From assembly GCA_001662655.1 (NCBI GenBank), contig KV460224.1: 64,000 nt of DNA. The stretch is one strand, 5' to 3'. The stretch comes from Pseudogymnoascus verrucosus (lineage: Eukaryota). The translations under genes and the position numbers were made by a program. Under the pieces are notes generated by a model that saw only the letters and a list, made by a program, of their open reading frames with translations, made no database searches and was not told where the DNA came from. Shown in pieces: positions 12,350-24,690 of this stretch. Within the stretch, counting starts at the first letter, position 1, and each line of letters opens with the position of its first letter.

Positions 12350-14209
12350 ATGTCTTTCAATTTCGTGAAGAGAATCATCTTCAGTGCTGCCGCTGTCGCT
12401 GTCGCTGTCGCTGCCATCCCGCCGCCAAATCCGGAGTTCTTCGAGATAACTCAGCTGTCTCTGCCACCCGCCATCAATACCACGAGTGTGGGCGCCTGCA
12501 CAGCATCTATAAATCCTCGCCGCACCGGCTGTATCTACTACCAGGAAAACTACGACTTCCAGTCTGGCGACTTCACTCCCGATGGCAAACACGTCGTTGT
12601 CAGTGTTAACTTTACCGGTGCTCCTGCCGCACCAGACCCTGCCAGCATCTACTCCGGCGCACAGGTGATACTTATTACGGCCGATGGCACCAACTTCCCT
12701 AATGGCGATAGCTGGAAGTGTATGAGCTGTGCTGTGCCCACCCAAAACAAGCAATCTCTCGATCCCGTGATCGACTATCCCCACGTCTTCCGGAGTGGCA
12801 CCAAGATCTTGTGGGGACATAATATCCTCGACTGCAATGGCCAACCGCTTGCTGATGAGTCGTGCACGCCTACCCGCACACATATCTACCCTATCTTCTG
12901 GCCCGTCTCCACGAATGCCTTCGCAGCCGGCGGATCTCCGCGTGAGATGCGTCTCCATCCAGATGATACGCACATTTTATGGAGTTCCTTGTCCAACAGC
13001 GGTCAATCCACGTTCACGGGGAAGCTCCAATTCAATGCCAGACCCACTAACGGGTCCCTTCGCGCCCCACGTTATGATCTCATTCAAGTCAACGTCCTAG
13101 CCCGCGCCAACAGCACCCCTGCTATCTATGCGGACGGCAATCAGATCAAGATCAACCCCCAGCCTCTCTCACTCGGCGAACTTCGTGGCTGGTCTGGCAA
13201 TGGAGAGGAGATCATTTATCTTGGTTCCAACGTCGAGGCTAACAACGTCGACCTCTACGCCATTCACGTTGTGACTGGTGCGATTCGCCGCATTACTAGC
13301 CACCCCGAGTATGCTGATCCGATCGTATCGTCTCCCGATAATCGAAATTATCTCATCATGGACACCCGCGGCTCAAATCGTCAGATGTGGATGGCCGGCA
13401 TGCGCGGTATCCCCCCTATCATAGATATTGTGGTTACGCTCCTCGCAGTGTCGACCCGCAACAATGGCCCGCGTCGCTTTTTCCAGCCCATTCTCCTCGA
13501 CCAGTTCGGCGATCGCAGCGATATCGACTACTATGGCCAACGTATTAATACTGAAGGCGACCTTTCTAATGGCTCTGTCAACGATCCAAACTGGAACGGC
13601 CGCGCCGACGCCGGTTTCTCTCTTGATAGCACCAAAATCGTGTATTGGCAAGCTCTTGTCACATCTCCTGCCTGTGGCGGCGTCAACCCGCTCAAGTGCC
13701 CAGCCTCCACGGCCCAAGGAGGTAGCAACTATCGTGTTATGCTCGCAAAACGCACCAGCCGTGCACCTACAAGGCCCGTCCCAGTCTTTAAAATTCCTGA
13801 CATCATCCCCTGGGCAACACCCTTCCCACCCGGAGCGTCTGTCCCTGTCGATAAGACACTTGCACCTGGGGACTATACCCTCTATGGCAAGGCACATGGC
13901 TTCGCGAATGTTACGCTTACTTCGTCGAGCGTCGCTATTAGATACTCCAACTTTAGCGACGACTATCGGCACATCATAGACGGATACGAGAACGCTACCT
14001 CATCGGTTAAGCCCCCAAATTACTATGACGTTCATGTCGACTGGTTCTCAGATATATTCCAATCTGGTGCCGTATTTGGTACTAAGAAGACGAGCCCCGG
14101 CGGGTTCCATGCAGAAATAGATGCATTTTTGAATATTTTCTCCGCGAATGGATCACTTACGACGACGATCAATGGAGTGGAATATTTACAACCCCTTAAT
14201 TTTTCTTAA
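12350..14209 (+). CDS. secreted saponin-hydrolase-like protein (intronless, about 619 aa)
   Basis: Signal-peptide-like MSFNFVKRIIFSAAAVAVAVAA. Segments PPPNPE..LSLPP..GACTASINPRRTGCI, REMRLHPDD, ELRGWSG, HPEYADP and RNNGPRRFFQP match my recollection of fungal proteins annotated as saponin hydrolase precursor. Confidence 0.75.
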   Translation: MSFNFVKRIIFSAAAVAVAVAAIPPPNPEFFEITQLSLPPAINTTSVGACTASINPRRTGCIYYQENYDFQSGDFTPDGKHVVVSVNFTGAPAAPDPASIYSGAQVILITADGTNFPNGDSWKCMSCAVPTQNKQSLDPVIDYPHVFRSGTKILWGHNILDCNGQPLADESCTPTRTHIYPIFWPVSTNAFAAGGSPREMRLHPDDTHILWSSLSNSGQSTFTGKLQFNARPTNGSLRAPRYDLIQVNVLARANSTPAIYADGNQIKINPQPLSLGELRGWSGNGEEIIYLGSNVEANNVDLYAIHVVTGAIRRITSHPEYADPIVSSPDNRNYLIMDTRGSNRQMWMAGMRGIPPIIDIVVTLLAVSTRNNGPRRFFQPILLDQFGDRSDIDYYGQRINTEGDLSNGSVNDPNWNGRADAGFSLDSTKIVYWQALVTSPACGGVNPLKCPASTAQGGSNYRVMLAKRTSRAPTRPVPVFKIPDIIPWATPFPPGASVPVDKTLAPGDYTLYGKAHGFANVTLTSSSVAIRYSNFSDDYRHIIDGYENATSSVKPPNYYDVHVDWFSDIFQSGAVFGTKKTSPGGFHAEIDAFLNIFSANGSLTTTINGVEYLQPLNFS

Positions 14210-14546
14210 TAGATAAAATAATTAAGATGAAACTAAGTTATTGTTAGCTTTATAAGGGCTCGAGTCTTAGAAGGAAAAAACTTGTCTATTTCTAAACGTC
14301 TAATTCTACAAGGGGTTACTAAATGCTAAGAATCTCAATCGTATACTCTTCAGAATAGATGCTATAAAAATTCACCGTTCCAACCGGATTTCAAATTCTC
14401 ATAGTAGCTTAAATCTTATTCGTCTCTGTTATAGTGAATTAATATTAAATTATCAAGAAGGGGTACAATAGAGTCCTGGTTATCATATCACTTAACCCTA
14501 TTTAACCACCTTACGGGATGACCCTTATTCCACCCTAGCTCCCTCA

Positions 14547-16033
14547 TCAAATATACTCCCACCGATCACCCCCTATTAAATTCAGCGCATTCCTCCGCCC
14601 CTTCGCTGCAATATTTGCCTCTATCGTCTTCGCTGCTAATAAATCTTCTGCCTTCCTTGCCGCTTCAATGTTGATAATTTTCACACGGTCTAGTAGCTCC
14701 TGCGGTGCTACTACAGGGAACACATTCCTCGGCATTTCGCCCAACTCGCGCCAAATTCCATAGTGCCTTGCGGCCTTTGTCACGCAGTTGAACCCGTCGT
14801 TTGGATAGTAGAGAAACTCATTCGCGCAATGGTCAATGAAACCGCGGCGGGTGAGGAGGGGCATTTGGTTGCCGGAGATGGAGTTGCCGGTGGGGATAGA
14901 ATCGAGGATTTTAGAGAAGGAAGGTGGCACTATATTGCGGAGAGAGGAGAAGGAGGATCTTATGTCAGTGTTAGGGGCGGAAGGTGGGCGGGGTGCCATG
15001 ACATGGTCGATGGAGAAATTAATATATTCTTGCCTGAGCTGGTAGTCCGCAAAATCCTGTGGGTTGTAGCCGAAAACGGGTTTAGACATTTGATTTTTCC
15101 CTATATTAGAGCGATGGAGATTAGGAAGGGCTTTAAAGGAGCGGAGTGAGAGAGCGGAACGAGACGTATAAACGTACATGCGTTCTGCTCAAGGCTGTAG
15201 CCAATAATATCAAGGAAGCCAGAGTACTGCTCTGGCAGTAATAGGCCGGTGCGATTAGTATCCAAATGGTTGAAGATTTCGTTGAAAAATGCCATGCCGA
15301 AAGCTGTCGGTGCAGTGTTGTTATAAAACGGCTGCCACCCCGTTGAAGCAGCGGAGTGCGTCTGCTGTAGCTGAGGCCGCGGTGGTTGTTGTGGCGGCTG
15401 CTGGTACTTTTGCTGTTGCTGCGGTTGAGAGGGAACAGGTCCTTGGGAAGGCTCATATGTGTATTGTGGTGTTTGCGGGCCAGGGGTCGAGTTTGAACGC
15501 GACGTATAAGCATATGGCGAGGACCGCGAAGGGCCAGCCTCTGGTAGCACTGTGTTTGTGCTCTCGGATGGAGCTGCGTAGTTTGTTTGTGAAGACGCCG
15601 AGCTTGGGATTTCAGGTGCAGGAGGTGCATGGCTAGTTTGCGGTGACGCTGCATGGGGACTTGCAAATGGCGGCGGCGTTGTAGACGCACTCACCGACGG
15701 CTGTGGTGGATATCGTTGAGGCGGCAAGCCTTCACCCCCAACCTGTTTCAGCGAGGCCAACGGCAACTGCGTCGACACCGGTCGTCTCTGCGTTGAAGCC
15801 GCTGTGTTGATTGGTTGTAGAGGCGGCCGTGGAGGGAGCTCTGGCGGAGTGCGAGGGGGGTAGCCGCTGTATTCGTAAAGGAGGGAGGGGTGGGAGGCGA
15901 GGTGGGGTCCGGGGGAGCGTGAGAGGATGTAGCAGGAGGCACAGAAATGAGAGGGACACGTGTTGCAAGAGATACGGGGGGAGGTGGGAGGAATAGGGAA
16001 TGTGCAGGAGGTGCAGTGGAAGGGGAGGGACAT
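14547..16033 (-). CDS. hypothetical protein: Cys/His-rich N-terminus, Pro/Gln-rich linker, EF-hand-like motif (intron 15101-15177)
   Basis: CTSC...CNTC..HFCASC...H...H, then low-complexity P/Q sequence, then FNHLDTNRTGLLLPEQ. A GTACGT...CTAAT..TAG intron joins the two ORFs in frame. Confidence 0.75.
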
Positions 16034-16376
16034 GGTGAGGTTGGGCGTGGTTGGTAAGGGTTGTATGTGAAGAAACGAAGGGCGATGAGTTGTTAGTGAA
16101 CAAACTATTGGGGTTTGATGACTTATAGTAATGAGCCTCTTGGGAATAATAGTCACGCTGTATTAACATGTAGGCGTATGCGTAGGCGCCTTTATAATTT
16201 ATATGTTCTGCCTTACCGCCGCCACAATATTGAATAATTGACGCTCTAGCAAATAGTTCGGCCCTCCTACTACTAATATTGGTGAGCTGGCTGGCCCTAC
16301 AGCCAATAGGAGCATTGGGCACTAACAGTTTAGCCCTCCCTAGTCTAGCCCCCTAGATAATGCTTGTAGGTTGGTA

Positions 16377-16660
16377 CGAGAGCTTCTAGAGGCGGAACAA
16401 GATGCCATGGAAAGTCACGGGTCGCTTCTTGAGGATGGGAAAATTCTTCATTGCGATAATTCTAAGAATAATATCATCATTACAGAAGCTGCCTTAAAAG
16501 GGGAGCCGAGAGGGACACTAATTAAGCTAGACTTGACAGAGGAGTTAGGCAGTATGCTAAGCGGAGCTAGTCATAACACAAGCACTATATAGTTCATGGT
16601 GATTGAGGTGCTGCAGGGCAAGGGTCACAGGTCATGGCTTGACCTCGAGTCGTTTTTCTT
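16377..16660 (+). pseudogene. decayed fragment of a FunK1-type fungal protein kinase
   Basis: ELLEA..DAMESHGSL...KILHCDNSKNNIII...GTLIKLDL...SGASHNTSTI*FMVIEVL...DLESFF resembles ILHRDISxNNI / LIDLDLA / RTGTxQFMAIEVL / HDLESFF. Catalytic motifs are degraded and there is an in-frame stop at 16590. Confidence 0.75.
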
Positions 16661-16817
16661 ATTAGGAACAGACACTATAGAGAATACAATCGCCTATACT
16701 AATCAAAGCCCTCTCTCAGACTCGTGCACTATAATCAATCACACTAGCACCAGGGAAAAAAATCACTCTGCACATGGAATACAATCACAGTAACTCATTC
16801 AATTCGTAGAAACCTGG

Positions 16818-17710
16818 CTAGCTACTTATACCTACCCCCCTAGTTCTCCTCCCCCCACGGCGCATATGCCTCCCGCCATACGTATCCCTGCACCCAAACT
16901 TGACCAGATAAGGGCTTATGGTCGTTGTGCCATCGACAATAAGTGTCCCATCCGGAGCCTTGATCTTCAGCTCGTAGTATCCCGCTCCGCCCGAGTTATC
17001 CCAAGAGAACCTAATCGGATAGTACTTGCCCTTTACTAGCGTGACCTTGTACTCTAGCGGCGCCGAGCCGACTGGAGTGTACGTCGCCTCCAGATTAGCG
17101 TTTGCGCGTGTGTAGCCAGAGTAGGCGTTTGGAGCGAGCCAGAGCAGACTCAGGTTATCGGCAATGGGCGCGGTAAAGCTGTACTCTCCATCCTGGTGCG
17201 CGTACAGATAGCCTCTATGGTTCACCGCAACGTATTCCCAGTTTGCGGCGTCTGGCCGTAGATTGTATGGGCATCTGCGACTCCGATTCTCGTAGTCGTT
17301 CCCTCGTAGTATGGCTCCGTACGCTTCATGACCACGAGGTTAAAGTTTCCGTCGTTAGGTCCTAGGTATGTAATGTCATTCGGGAAAAATGCAAACTCAA
17401 ACCCAGCATTGCCACAGGACGTGTCTGGGAGAGATGCTGGCTCTTGGACGTCATCTTTGCGAGCATCTTTACAGCAGCCTCCTCCACCGCACGCTCCAGC
17501 ACATCCTACACTATGGGCGCTGTCGAAGCTCGAGGCGATGACGAGGGGGTTGTTGTGATGGGATCCTAGGTAGCACTTCTTTGTACGTGCTTGATAGTCG
17601 ACGCTGTGGCAAGGACAATGGTGGCGCAGGTTTCCATGCCTGAAAATTAGCAAGTCTCCTGATGACAGAATGGCAGACTTACATTCTTGAAAGTTCTGGG
17701 CAGATGACAC
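16818..17710 (-). pseudogene. frameshifted GLEYA/PA14-domain adhesin-like gene
   Basis: SCGNAGFEFA in one frame and VNHRGYLYA..GEYSF..ADN..LLWL..NAYSGYTRANA..GKYYPIR in another, with the frame switch near 17225-17250. Upstream Cys-rich part is decayed; no clear start. Confidence 0.7.
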
Positions 17711-17967
17711 CGTGAAATACCTCGTCCCGTGCCGTTTCCCAACGCCCTCATCACATCGCTGGCCCTCGCTGGCTCATACAGCCTATTTCTCTATTCCTCT
17801 AGGAAATTTAGGGGCCCCTGCCGCCCCTGCCGCCGCGGCTTCTGCTGCTGCGCAGCCAGTCTCGGTTGCTTGGACTCCATTTGGGAGCTGGCTATTACAG
17901 CCATCCAGATATAGAGTCGTCTGGGTATGTCTTTGTCTATATTACCAACGTCCGCTAACACCTATAG

Positions 17968-18316
17968 CCGTTCCCCCTCGTCCTCGCAACCAACAATGGG
18001 CCCGCACCAGCTGGCATGCCAGCTCCAGCTGTCGGTACGTCTTAATCGTACTCTACACATACATAATATACTAAATATTCTAGCCTGCCCTGCCTCGTGT
18101 GTGGCTGCAGCTGCCACTGTGACTGTGACCTCCCCGCCGGTTACAACAACAACGACAACAACACTTTCGGGACCGCTACCGACTGAAATTGCAAATGGAG
18201 GTGCATTCAGCGCAGGAGGAAATCTGCCTAAGCCAGATCCAGTGTTTGATGAACAAGGTAACTGGTCTTGTTGTATCGGGCCATTTTCCGGTGGTAGCGG
18301 TGTTGGCTGCACTTGA
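17968..18316 (+). CDS. possible exons of a small Cys/Thr-rich protein (5' end unclear)
   Basis: Intron-like 17925-17967 and 18034-18082 give PFPLVLATNNGPAPAGMPAPAV-ACPASCVAAAATVTVTSPPVTTTTTTT...WSCC...GCT*. Confidence 0.35.
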
Positions 18317-19059
18317 TGTTATGAGACTTGAATTAGTGAAATGGGAATTTGAATTTGGTGACGAAGCTATACCCATGAGATACACATTTTGATGTTGTAG
18401 ACACGCCATAAAACTATGGCATTGGCCGACTTTGAATCCTGAACCCTCTGGCAGATTGTTAAACCTATGCTGAGCACCAAGTCTCCTATGCCAACGTGCT
18501 AAGCTTTATATCTCCATCCCCTGGTTTTGATCTTCCTGTCAACCCCTTGCCGAGCTTCCTACCAATTGGCGTAAAAAGCAGCGCTCAGAGTAATTGGAAA
18601 CAGCAGCTAGTTTTTTGCTGCAAGGTAGATGAACGAGGGTTAACTTTTGCTACAATTCAATTACATTTAGTATGATGAAAGTGCATGCATTGGATAAACC
18701 ACCATCCAATATTGTATTTGACTTCAACTCGTCGTGTTTTTTTATTCTATTTCCCGGCTGATGGGTGCAACACCAGCCCATCTCTTCCCCACCCCCCTTC
18801 TTTCGCACTGTCTAGTTCTACTTGTGTTGCCGTTGAAGACATTTTCTCCTATGCCGAGCCGGTGTATAAAAAATCATGAGGTAATGTAAAAAAAAGAAAA
18901 TCATGAGATCGTTGAAATCCCCAGGACGCCCGCCAAACTTGTTGAAGTTGGCCCGCGCCGCGCTAAATGCAAGAGCCGTGCCGCCCAGTGCAATTGCTCA
19001 GAGAGCACCTGGACGGCCGGAAAATATGAGTTGATCCTGAAATATTTGAAAACTACCAA

Positions 19060-21014
19060 TTATGCCACTGGAAGGACGTTCGATACAATGGCCGGTGGGG
19101 CCTCTTCGACTTTGTCCCCGTTCGTAGCTGGCGCAGCAGCCGCCGCAGGCGCGGGGGCAGCTGCAGGTGCAGCAGTACCCTCAGCAGCCTTGTCAATGTT
19201 TGGGACGGTAAGGCCCTCAAACAGCGAAAATAGCGCATCGCGTTGATGGAAGTCGTTATGGACTAAATTATGTTAGTAAACGTGAAGAGAAAACAGAGCC
19301 AATTTATAGACATACCGATATTAACGAGGTAAAACGTCTCCATAACTCGTTGAATAACATTGCGACTTGGGCTCGAGGAGTCATGGCAATGGGCCCAGTC
19401 CATTCCTAGACGGAAAGCCTCATCCTTCCAGGCCAAAAAGCTGATCGTTTCCACGATGGTTGGCTGAACGATTTCCTTTCCGGGGAACACACCCCAGGTG
19501 ACGGCATTTGGAGCATCGCTAGGAGCATTGGTTCGTAGCGTGCCTGACTTTGTAACCGCATAATAAGTCACCTCGGGGTCTCTCGCGATTCTATCAAGCA
19601 GCTCATCGATAAGCTCTGGTGCAACTAAAAGCTCGAGGTACGCCTTCTGGTAGACGTATCCATTCGCAGGTCCCCATCCATAAACTGGGTGAGATGACTT
19701 GACTCCATCCACGGCAGGTTGCGAGTTGATCGTAAGCAGTCCGCGCTCGTTGAGTTCCACAAGTTGGTTCTTAATAACATCGGCTTCGTTCGAGATCGGT
19801 GCCTCACTCCATGGCAAGCTCTCAATGTCGGCATTCAAGTATCGCAGGAATACATTTGCAATGTCCTTGACTGACTTCGGCTCGCCCCACAGCTTAATGT
19901 TCTGCTCATTGCTACCCTTCAACCCAATTCCGTATGCATCAAGTTCGCCAAAAGCCGGAGACCTCGAATCACCCCATCTGCCGTTGGGGAACTCATCCCA
20001 CTCCTGAGTTCGCATGACGTAAGACTTGTTCCTGTTGCGCCAGAAAATAGGTCGTACATCCTCCCCTCTTCGCCCAAGGCCAAGAGATTGGCGCCATGGG
20101 AGAGCCTGCTTCAGCGGGCGCTCTTCAGATGGAAGCATCTCGAGCTGTTCAAGAACACCGCGTGTGGCCTGGGCCAAGTTCATCGTGTAGAAATGCAGGT
20201 GGTTGATCCCAGACTCAAGGATAGAGCGACACATGTCAGTCACTAAACCTCTCCCAATCTCCCTGACTGCTGCATCATCGTTCTTGACGGGCTCCATGGC
20301 TTCAATCCATCCAGGGGGGATCTTCGCATTCATGTGGTTGCACCTTCTCAGAAAGCTGGCGTATGTGGAAATGGGCATGATGCCTGGGATGATTGGAATG
20401 GTGATGCCCTTCGCCCTAACTTTGCGGACCCAATCCAAGAAGTTGGGAACATCGTAGAACATCTGAGTCACAATGAAAGTTGCGCCCTCGTCGACCTTTT
20501 CCTTCAGGTGGTCGAGCAAAAGATCCGCATCTGTTTGGTCGTCACAGCCTTCTGGGTATCCCGCAACACCAATATCGAAGTGATTACCGTAAGTTTTGCG
20601 GATATATTTGACAAGATCTCTCGCGTACTGGAATCCTTCGTCGGTAGCCACCCATTTTTCTTTCTCGCGAGGGGGGTCCCCACGGAGAGCCAGAATGTTT
20701 GTGCAGCCACCCTTGTATGCATTCTTGAGGGCATCGTCGACCTTCTCCTTGCCCATGTCCGTACATGTCAAGTGCATGCATGTCTCCAACCCGTAAACCG
20801 ACTGTGCCACGCTGACCATTTCACATGTCAGTTGCGCATGGCGGCCGCCAGCACCCCAGGTTATGTCAATGAAGCTCGGTCCCAGCCCATGCATTCTGTC
20901 CATACGATCGTACAGGTTCTGGACACCTTGCGCAGTCTTTGGGGGGAAGAATTCGAACGAGAAAGTAGGCTTCCCCGCCTGCTCCCCCTGGTTTAGCATG
21001 TCTTTGATATGCAT
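19060..21014 (-). CDS. MET13: methylenetetrahydrofolate reductase (intron about 19263-19315)
   Basis: FSFEFFPPKT, ALRGDPP, VAGYPEG, TQMFYD, WDEFPNGRWGDSRSPAFG, NAVTWGVFPG. Last exon begins VHNDF. Confidence 0.95.
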
Positions 21015-21541
21015 CGTGAAGAATATGAGAGTGTGTGTGTGTGAGGAGCCTAGGTTCAGTTCTAGAAAGTATAATTAGTATGACTGTTGTGCTACCGCAG
21101 GCCTCCGGAATGATATAGTTGGCATGGGGTGAGGGTGTCGCTGAAATAAATCTCCGAATGTCGGTATACAACACAACGCAGGAGACTTACCTTGCAATTG
21201 AAAACCCGACGGTGAAGCTGAAGTTTGGCTGCTCCTGGTTTATCAGCGTGTCAGCCGAAGTAACGTTTGCGAGCCCAACGATCTGCCTCCTCTCGCTGCA
21301 TGTACACCACGAACAAAGTGTTGGTGGGTATGGTGGAGTTTGAGGTTTTTGATGATGGAGGGGAAGAAAGTGGCGGTCGATAGGTACATAAGTATCGGTG
21401 CGACTATCGGGCTGTTTTGAGGTTTTAGTGGGGTAACTAATTAGCCTACCTCGCGTTCGGAAAGAGCAAGCAACACGTTCCTTGCACCCCCAATTCCCCC
21501 ACTACCCAGCCAATTCGATCCCCGAACCTAAATTATAAATT

Positions 21542-21757
21542 TGATGTAAGCCAATTAAGGGTACGGGACCCTTTCGTTGGCGACGTCGTCACTCATAGTC
21601 ATGATGAGGCCTTTTTGCTGTGGCTTTCGGATTCATATATAAATGGTTGATCCTGTGTGGTCGACAATGACATAGTGCTATTATCACAGGCAATCAATCA
21701 GCCCACCAATCCCTGGGTTCTATGCCAATCTGAGGGGGTGGCCGTTGCATCCCAGGG
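21542..21757 (-). ncRNA. candidate H/ACA-like structured RNA
   Basis: On the minus strand: stems at 21711-21757 and 21645-21699, then ANANNA (ATATGA, 21633-21638), then a stem closed by aagcca/tggctt (21548-21626), then ACA plus 3 nt. Confidence 0.35.
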
Positions 21758-21958
21758 CATCATCTTATGCAGCTAGAGTATGCAGTTATGCAAGTGTGAT
21801 TCGAAAGATTCTATTCATTGCCCGACTAAAACTGAGTCGTGATACGTATAATTTTAACAACCAACCATACCCACCCGTACGCTCCAATTTCCCCTGAAAA
21901 AAATGACAACAAGACACAGTAACAAAACCAAGCATCATGTCGCATAAAAGAAAGCCGT

Positions 21959-24031
21959 TTAGCGACTTTGCGTCTTGCCCATACCGCGCTTTCCAGAAAA
22001 CTAGATTGATGGTTAGCTGAGGAACAAGGGAAAGGGTTATTTTATTATAGGCAGGACTTACCAAATGCTTAGGCATGGCAGCCGCAACATGTCTGTCAGC
22101 CTCACCAGCACGAGCCATTCTGTTTCTATGCCTCTGTCCCAGCTTGGCAATTCTCTCCGCCTTCGTCCTGATAACTCCCTCGGGCACACCGTCCTCACGA
22201 CGGTTGCTCTGGCTTCTAGCACGGCTCTTCGCGCGCATCTTGGCCTCGTACTCTGGCGAGTCAACATCCATAACATCCTCGGTTCCAGTACGGCTGCGAA
22301 GAACACTGCGTCCTCTGGACTGCGATCTTGCGCGCGTAGTGAGCGAAGTAGTATCCAAACCAAGCGAGTCCAAGTGATCCTCCATATCCGTAAGCTTCGC
22401 CTTTGTCAATGTGCGTGGGATGATCGCCCTGTTCTTCAGAGACTTCTTCATCTTCGCGGCATTTCTGATCAGGATTCTCTTCTCCCTGATTAGCTCAGCC
22501 TTCATGCGGATATCGGCATCCTCGGCATCTTCAAGGTCATCCTCAGAATCGTAGTAACCCTCTGCCTCAAGCTTCTCTTCCTCCTCCTCCAGAGCAGCAA
22601 GCTTAGCCTCGATTTCTGGATCGATGAAGTCGTAGACGTTCTTGCCGTCCAGAACCTCAGGCACCTTATCGTACTTCCACTCATCGTTCTCAAGCATGTA
22701 TTTGTCCTTGAGGTTGATGTTGAAGACACCGGCTCCTCCGTTCTCCTCCTCAATGTCACGGGCAAGCTTCCGGCGCTCAGGATCGTTCTTGTCGTACTTC
22801 TTCATCTCCTTGACGGCATCTGGAATGAATGCCTCCCTAACAACACCGTTCATTGGGCGAGCGACGTGGATACGTGCAAGAACATCACCAAGACGACCAC
22901 CGACTGCGCCGTTGCTGTTTGTGCCAGCCTTAAGCTTCTGGGCCACACGATCCGCAATCAAGCGCTCGCATGCGGCATTCTTCACTTCTTGGACACCTTC
23001 CTCGGTGGTGCAAGATAATTGCAGCATCTCAACATCTCCTGGCTTCAGAAGGGCCTGGAGCTGTGCCTGGGACTCAGCATCGAGATCTTCTGGGCGCATA
23101 ACATCGATCTTGTTGATGACGATGAAGACGAGCTTGTTGGCGAAAAGAGGCTTGATACTTTGGAAAAGCGCAATCTGTGCGGCAACAGTGTAACCACACT
23201 GCTCAGAGAGATCCATGAAGTATAGAATAGCAGATCGCAAATGGGCGATGGCTGTGATCGACTGCATCTCGATGGTGTTCATCTCCTCCAGCGGGTGATC
23301 GAGGATTCCGGGGGTATCAATAGCTTGGAATCTGAGATACTTGTAATCGAAGTGACCAACGAACAAGCTCTTGGTGGTGAAAGCGTAAGGCTGGACATCA
23401 ACATCCGCACGGGTCACGCTCCTCAGGAAACTCGACTTTCCGACATTGGGGTAGCCACAGATGAGTAGCGTTCTGGTGTTGGGGTCGATCGAGGGGAGAC
23501 GGCCCAAATGCTGGCGAACCTGGTCGAGGTATAGAAGAGGGTCTTTGAGGCGCTTGCAGATGGTGGCCATGCGACCAAGAGCAGCACGCTTGAGCTGCTT
23601 GCATTGGAAAAGCGACTGGGCGTATTTGAGAAGACGGACGTAATCGCGGGAAACGGTTTCGATCAGATGCTTCGCTGTCGCTAATTGACCCAGGGCGATA
23701 CGGAAATGGTCGGCATCGTAAAGGGTGTTCAGAAGATCCTTGTGGAAGGGATGGATATCCTGAAGACGTGGGAAGCCATCGAGGATCAGAGAAATCTTCT
23801 CGCTGAAAGTCTCCTGCGTGAACTTGACCTTTCTGGTGTAAAAGTCTAGGGTAGTGGTTAGTTTTGTGGTCGGGCTTTTGTCAACGATGGAAAATACTCA
23901 CTTCTGATTCTGCTAATCTGAAATCCTGCACGAATCTGCGTGGGGAGTCTCCTCTGCGTACGACTCAACACAATGTCCAAAAACTCCTGCGAAGTCGGCA
24001 CCGGCTGGATGTCTTTCCACGTAGTCTTCAT
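21959..24031 (-). CDS. NOG1: nucleolar GTP-binding protein 1 (3 exons)
   Basis: Start [44 protein letters not shown]; spliced end [17 protein letters not shown]. Confidence 0.96.
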
Positions 24032-24690
24032 TTTGGCGACGTTTTCTTACGAGAAGAATGTTTCGTCGTCAAATGTCGGTCGCAGTTGAAGCCCACAAAG
24101 TTTCGTTGTGAGCTTTTCTGTGGAGGCGCAAAATCTAAAGTTTAGCGCTAAAATAATCGTACCGTCCTTATCGGAGGAGGATTAGAAGGTGGCACGGAGC
24201 AATGCGGCCGCATCTGTACCCCACCGTTCCGAACACCGAGACCAACGCACTACTTGAGTAACAACCAACTCCGGAGTAAGTCACCAGCAAATAATACTAC
24301 AAAGGCTCTATCTATATCATTCATACGGCGAAGCACGAGATCACAGTTAGGATAGTCTCCTTACATACTACTACATTATGAGGGTTCCACGAAAGGGAAG
24401 TAATCGTTTCAATATGCAAGCTATTTGGCTTTATATTTTTCATTCGCTTCAAATCCCATCTCCTTTGTGTAGATGCAAAGTAGCTAGGCCCAATATGCCA
24501 TGACTGAGCAAGCCTTGAGGCCCAAGATATCAACTAATCTTGAAGCTATCAAGCGCCACTCAACCCCAAAGTGGCCAAATTTTGGACCCATTTATGATTT
24601 ATGCCATAATATAGTCTCTCCTTGGCGACAAGATCTCCGATGTCTGGCTATTTTCGTAAATAATAAACGATCCTAGCTTCTATCATATGA

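Noticed and set aside
12293..13979. Long antisense and alternate-frame ORFs over the saponin-hydrolase-like gene (and over most other genes)
   Set aside because: Shadow ORFs from codon bias in GC-rich coding DNA; no recognisable motifs.
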